Part shown: positions 60,881 to 64,000 of the stretch, piece after piece
Position numbering within the stretch: position 1 is the stretch's first letter
How the letters are laid out: every line of letters begins with the position of its first letter
Assembly: GCA_963708135.1 (NCBI GenBank)
Contig: OY970192.1
Span: 1,984,001 to 2,048,000 of the forward strand
Direction of reading: 5' to 3'
DNA length: 64,000 bases
DNA from: an uncultured Gemmatimonadales bacterium
GTDB taxonomy: Bacteria; Gemmatimonadota; Gemmatimonadetes; Longimicrobiales; RSA9
Notes under the pieces: generated by a model
Databases searched by the model: none
Seen by the model: only the letters and a program-made list of their open reading frames with translations
What the model was told of the DNA's origin: nothing
Made by a program: the position numbers and the translations under genes

Positions 60881-63800
60881 TCAGAAGCTGTAGCGCAGCG
60901 AGAGCTGCATCTGATAGTTGGACTCGAGCCGGTTGTAGTCGAAGATCTTCGTGTCCGGGTTGAACGTGAACGTGGCCTGATTGTTCACGAGCGTCCTCGA
61001 CGGCAAGCTATTGTAGCTCAGCAGGCTGACGTCGCTGTACGTCGTCGTGACGTGTCCCCAGTCCTTGTTGAGCAAATTCATGAAATTGAACACGTCGAGC
61101 TGGAGTGAGACGTTCTGGAAGCTGAAGGTGTTCAGCGACTGCCGCAGGCTGACGTTCAGGATGTTGGTCCAGGGCGCCGTGCAGCTGTTGCGGGCCATGA
61201 TCTGCCCGCGCTGCGAGCTCAGGCAGCTGTTGTCGTTGATGAACTGGTTGAAGGCCGCGGCCTGCTGAGCGGCGGTGACCGTCTGGCCGCCCGACGTGTA
61301 GTCCGCGAACTGGATCTGCGTCGGATCGGTGGCGTCCGTCGGCACGTAGATCGGGTCGTTGTAGCTCAGCCCGTCGCCGTTCAGGTCGCTCGCGTAGACG
61401 AAGTTGTAGGGAGTCCCCGATGCGCCCGTGTAGATCAGGGAGACCGTCGTCAGGGTCGGGAACGTGTAGCTGCCGTGCGCCACGATCCGGTTCCGCTGCT
61501 CGAAGGAGGAGCGGGTGGCCGTCTTGTCCAGCTGATTGCCGGCCCAGACGCGGCCGTAGCGGTACTGCGAGTATGCGGTGCTGGACGAGAAGCTCTGCAC
61601 GTCCCAGCCGCGGCTGTACGTGTATGCGACGGTTCCCTCCCAGTTGCCCGCGAACCGCCGCGCGAGCTTGCCGGTCAGGTTGTAGAAGTGGTCCTTGTTC
61701 TCGTTCGCCACGTCGATGACCGTGCTGCGCGAGCCGACGAGAGACGGCGCGTAGGGCTTCGTGCCGTAGAGCACGCGGCCGTTCGCATCGGTGCCGACCG
61801 GGCTGGTCAGCGCCATGTTGTAGTAGAAGGGCGCGTAGATCGCCTTCGTGAAGAGCCCCTCGACCGTCCCGACCAGGTCGTGCCCGAGGTCACGGTCGTA
61901 GCCGGCCGACGCGCGCAGCGTCTGCGGCATGTGGAAGCCGGACTGGACGAGGTCGATCTCGCTCCCCGCGCGCGCCGTGTTGCCGTTGGCGCACTCCGTC
62001 GGCGGGGACGCGATCGCCGCGGCGTTGAAGGCCGGCGCGCTGCGGGTGCACGTGAGCAGGTTCACGCCGGTCAGCCCGGAGTTCTGGAACGCGTTGCTGA
62101 GCCAGACGTAGGCGGGCGGGCCGGTGAAGGTGCCGATTCCGCCGCGAAGCTGGTTCCTCTCGTCGCCGGTCATGTCCCAGTTGAAGCCGACGCGCGGCGA
62201 GAACTGGAGATGACCGGAGGGGATCTCTGCCGTGTTGCGCCCGAACTCCTGCACGACGTCCGGGTTCGTCGGCGGCTTGTCGAGGAACGTGGGCACATCC
62301 ACGCGCAGGCCGTAGTTCAGGTTGAACGTCGGCGAGAGCGCCCACTGGTCCTGCGCGTAGCCGGACAGGGTCAGGGTGCGGAAGTTGACCGACCCATCGC
62401 CGACGGCAGGCACTCCCACGATGTAGGAGTAGGCCTGCCCTGCGCGCAGCGAATCGACCGAGTCGAACGTCCACACGCCGTTGATCGATTGAGCGTAGAG
62501 GTTGTGCGCCTTGTAGTAGGTGTTCTGCGTGCCCAGGACGAGCGTGTGCTTGCCGAAGGGCAGCGTCACGTTGTCCGTGATCTCGGCGATGTCCTGGTTG
62601 ACCTGGTTTCCCTGCGAGTAGCGCTCCGTCCCCGCCTGGATCGTCGCGCCCGGGATCCCGACGCTTACCTGTGGCGCATCCGTCGCACCCGTGGCCGTGC
62701 GAGGATCGCGGATCCGCGTGTAGGAGGCGAGCAGCTCGTTGTAGCCGCCGTTGGCGAAGTGCGTCCGCAGCTCCAGCGCCGGTGCGTTCTTCTTCGACGC
62801 GTACTGGTACTGGTTCGAGGTCAGCGCCAGCGTCGGGCTCGTACCGGAGCGGTCCCGATAGATCGCTTCGCTCGTGGCGGAGCCGTAGTTGTAGCGCAGC
62901 GTCAGGGTGCTGTTGCGACCGAGGTCCGGGAAGTCCAACCGGGCGAAGACGTTGGTCAGCGGGTTGTGGACCTTGACGAGACCCGCCGAGCCCGTGGGCA
63001 GCCCGTAGCTCTCGAGCGCCTGCTTGGCCGCGTTGACGTCCGTGGCACTCACGTTGTAGTCGGGGGCGCCCAGGTAGATCCCGGTCATCGGGCTGCTGTA
63101 GGACTGCCGCTCGGCATTGAAGAAGAAGAGGGCCTTGTCCTTCACGATCGGGCCTCCGACGGAAAGTCCATACTGGTACTGCGAGTAATCGTTCAGGTAC
63201 TGCTCGGTGCGCGTGAGGCTCTGGTTGCGCCCGAAGCCGTAGAGCGAGCCGTGGAAGTCGTTCGTGCCGCTCTTCGTGACCGCGTTGATCAGCATGCCGG
63301 CGAAGTTGCCGTGGCGGACATCGAACGGCGCCAGCAGCACCTGGTACTCCTTCACCGCCTCGATCCCGATCGACTTGCCGTTCGCCTGCCCGCCCGGCTG
63401 GCCGGTCGAGCCGAGCCCGAACAGGTCCGTCTCGTTCGACCCGTCGATCTGCACCTGGTTGTAGCGGTTGTTCACGCCGCCCGCCGAGAGGCCCCCGTTC
63501 GGCAGCGTCGTGGACACCTGCGGCGTCAGGACGACGAAGTCCGTGAAGTTGCGGTTCAGCGAGGGCAGCCGGCGGAGCGCGGAGTCCGAGACCGTCGTCA
63601 GGGTGCCGGTCCGGGACGGACTGATCAGCCCCGTTTCCGTCCCCGCCCGCACCGTGATTCCGGCCACCTCGACCGCTTGCGCGGTCAGGTTGAAGTCCAC
63701 CGGCGTCAACTGGCCGAGCGTCACCGTCGCGGTGCGCGTCGCCGGGGCGTAGCCGATACGCTGTGTGGAGACCTCGTACCTGCCGGGCTCCAGTCCCGCA

Positions 63801-64000
63801 ATGAGGTAATGCCCGTCCGGCCCCACGACCACCGAACGCGAAAAGCCGGTGGCCGGGTTGCGAACCACCACCTGCGTTCCGGCCGCGGCCTCGTTGTCCG
63901 CCCGCACCGTGCCGGTGACGCTGCCTGTCGTTGCCTGCGCCGACAATCTCCCCGCCCCGGCCGCCAGCGCCACCAGCGCAGCGAGGGCCAATGACCAGTG
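60881..64000 (-). CDS. Oar-like TonB-dependent receptor with carboxypeptidase regulatory-like domain (start beyond window)
   Basis: INAVTKSGTN, YAQDQW, FSPRVGFNWD, C-terminal SLRYSF. Confidence 0.92.
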   Translation of the reverse strand, partial: HWSLALAALVALAAGAGRLSAQATTGSVTGTVRADNEAAAGTQVVVRNPATGFSRSVVVGPDGHYLIAGLEPGRYEVSTQRIGYAPATRTATVTLGQLTPVDFNLTAQAVEVAGITVRAGTETGLISPSRTGTLTTVSDSALRRLPSLNRNFTDFVVLTPQVSTTLPNGGLSAGGVNNRYNQVQIDGSNETDLFGLGSTGQPGGQANGKSIGIEAVKEYQVLLAPFDVRHGNFAGMLINAVTKSGTNDFHGSLYGFGRNQSLTRTEQYLNDYSQYQYGLSVGGPIVKDKALFFFNAERQSYSSPMTGIYLGAPDYNVSATDVNAAKQALESYGLPTGSAGLVKVHNPLTNVFARLDFPDLGRNSTLTLRYNYGSATSEAIYRDRSGTSPTLALTSNQYQYASKKNAPALELRTHFANGGYNELLASYTRIRDPRTATGATDAPQVSVGIPGATIQAGTERYSQGNQVNQDIAEITDNVTLPFGKHTLVLGTQNTYYKAHNLYAQSINGVWTFDSVDSLRAGQAYSYIVGVPAVGDGSVNFRTLTLSGYAQDQWALSPTFNLNYGLRVDVPTFLDKPPTNPDVVQEFGRNTAEIPSGHLQFSPRVGFNWDMTGDERNQLRGGIGTFTGPPAYVWLSNAFQNSGLTGVNLLTCTRSAPAFNAAAIASPPTECANGNTARAGSEIDLVQSGFHMPQTLRASAGYDRDLGHDLVGTVEGLFTKAIYAPFYYNMALTSPVGTDANGRVLYGTKPYAPSLVGSRSTVIDVANENKDHFYNLTGKLARRFAGNWEGTVAYTYSRGWDVQSFSSSTAYSQYRYGRVWAGNQLDKTATRSSFEQRNRIVAHGSYTFPTLTTVSLIYTGASGTPYNFVYASDLNGDGLSYNDPIYVPTDATDPTQIQFADYTSGGQTVTAAQQAAAFNQFINDNSCLSSQRGQIMARNSCTAPWTNILNVSLRQSLNTFSFQNVSLQLDVFNFMNLLNKDWGHVTTTYSDVSLLSYNSLPSRTLVNNQATFTFNPDTKIFDYNRLESNYQMQLSLRYSF

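Overview
This is a high-GC bacterial chromosomal window. Gene content and style are compatible with a Gemmatimonadota-like organism, which is inference only. Housekeeping blocks are: rlmN; panB-panC with HD and LytR_C genes; an NFACT gene; a trpC-trpF-trpB-(HEAT, HD-GYP)-trpA operon; lexA; trpD; truA-fsa-htrA-purB-purC-pssA-purS-purQ-purL-purF; ppdK; a tandem 5'-nucleotidase; add; and a partial Oar-like TonB receptor. The notable part lies between lexA and trpD (about 13.4-32.2 kb). There an MFP-TolC-RND1...RND2 export operon has an about 8 kb, more AT-rich variable region wedged between its two RND genes. That region holds a sensor-less sigma54 activator, an orphaned sigma54 promoter whose first target appears deleted at an IS4 remnant, three intact and at least two decayed beta-propeller envelope protein paralogs, an lptC-like gene and an IS256 end. 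Diverged scraps of the RND genes themselves sit at the cassette junctions. At the lexA end, a toxin-antitoxin module lies between about 240 bp direct repeats containing a lexA-coupled small ORF end and old copies of the RND2 3' end. A second efflux operon (TetR-TolC-EmrA) has a clear promoter and operator but a collapsed emrB. No CRISPR array, rRNA or tRNA was recognised.
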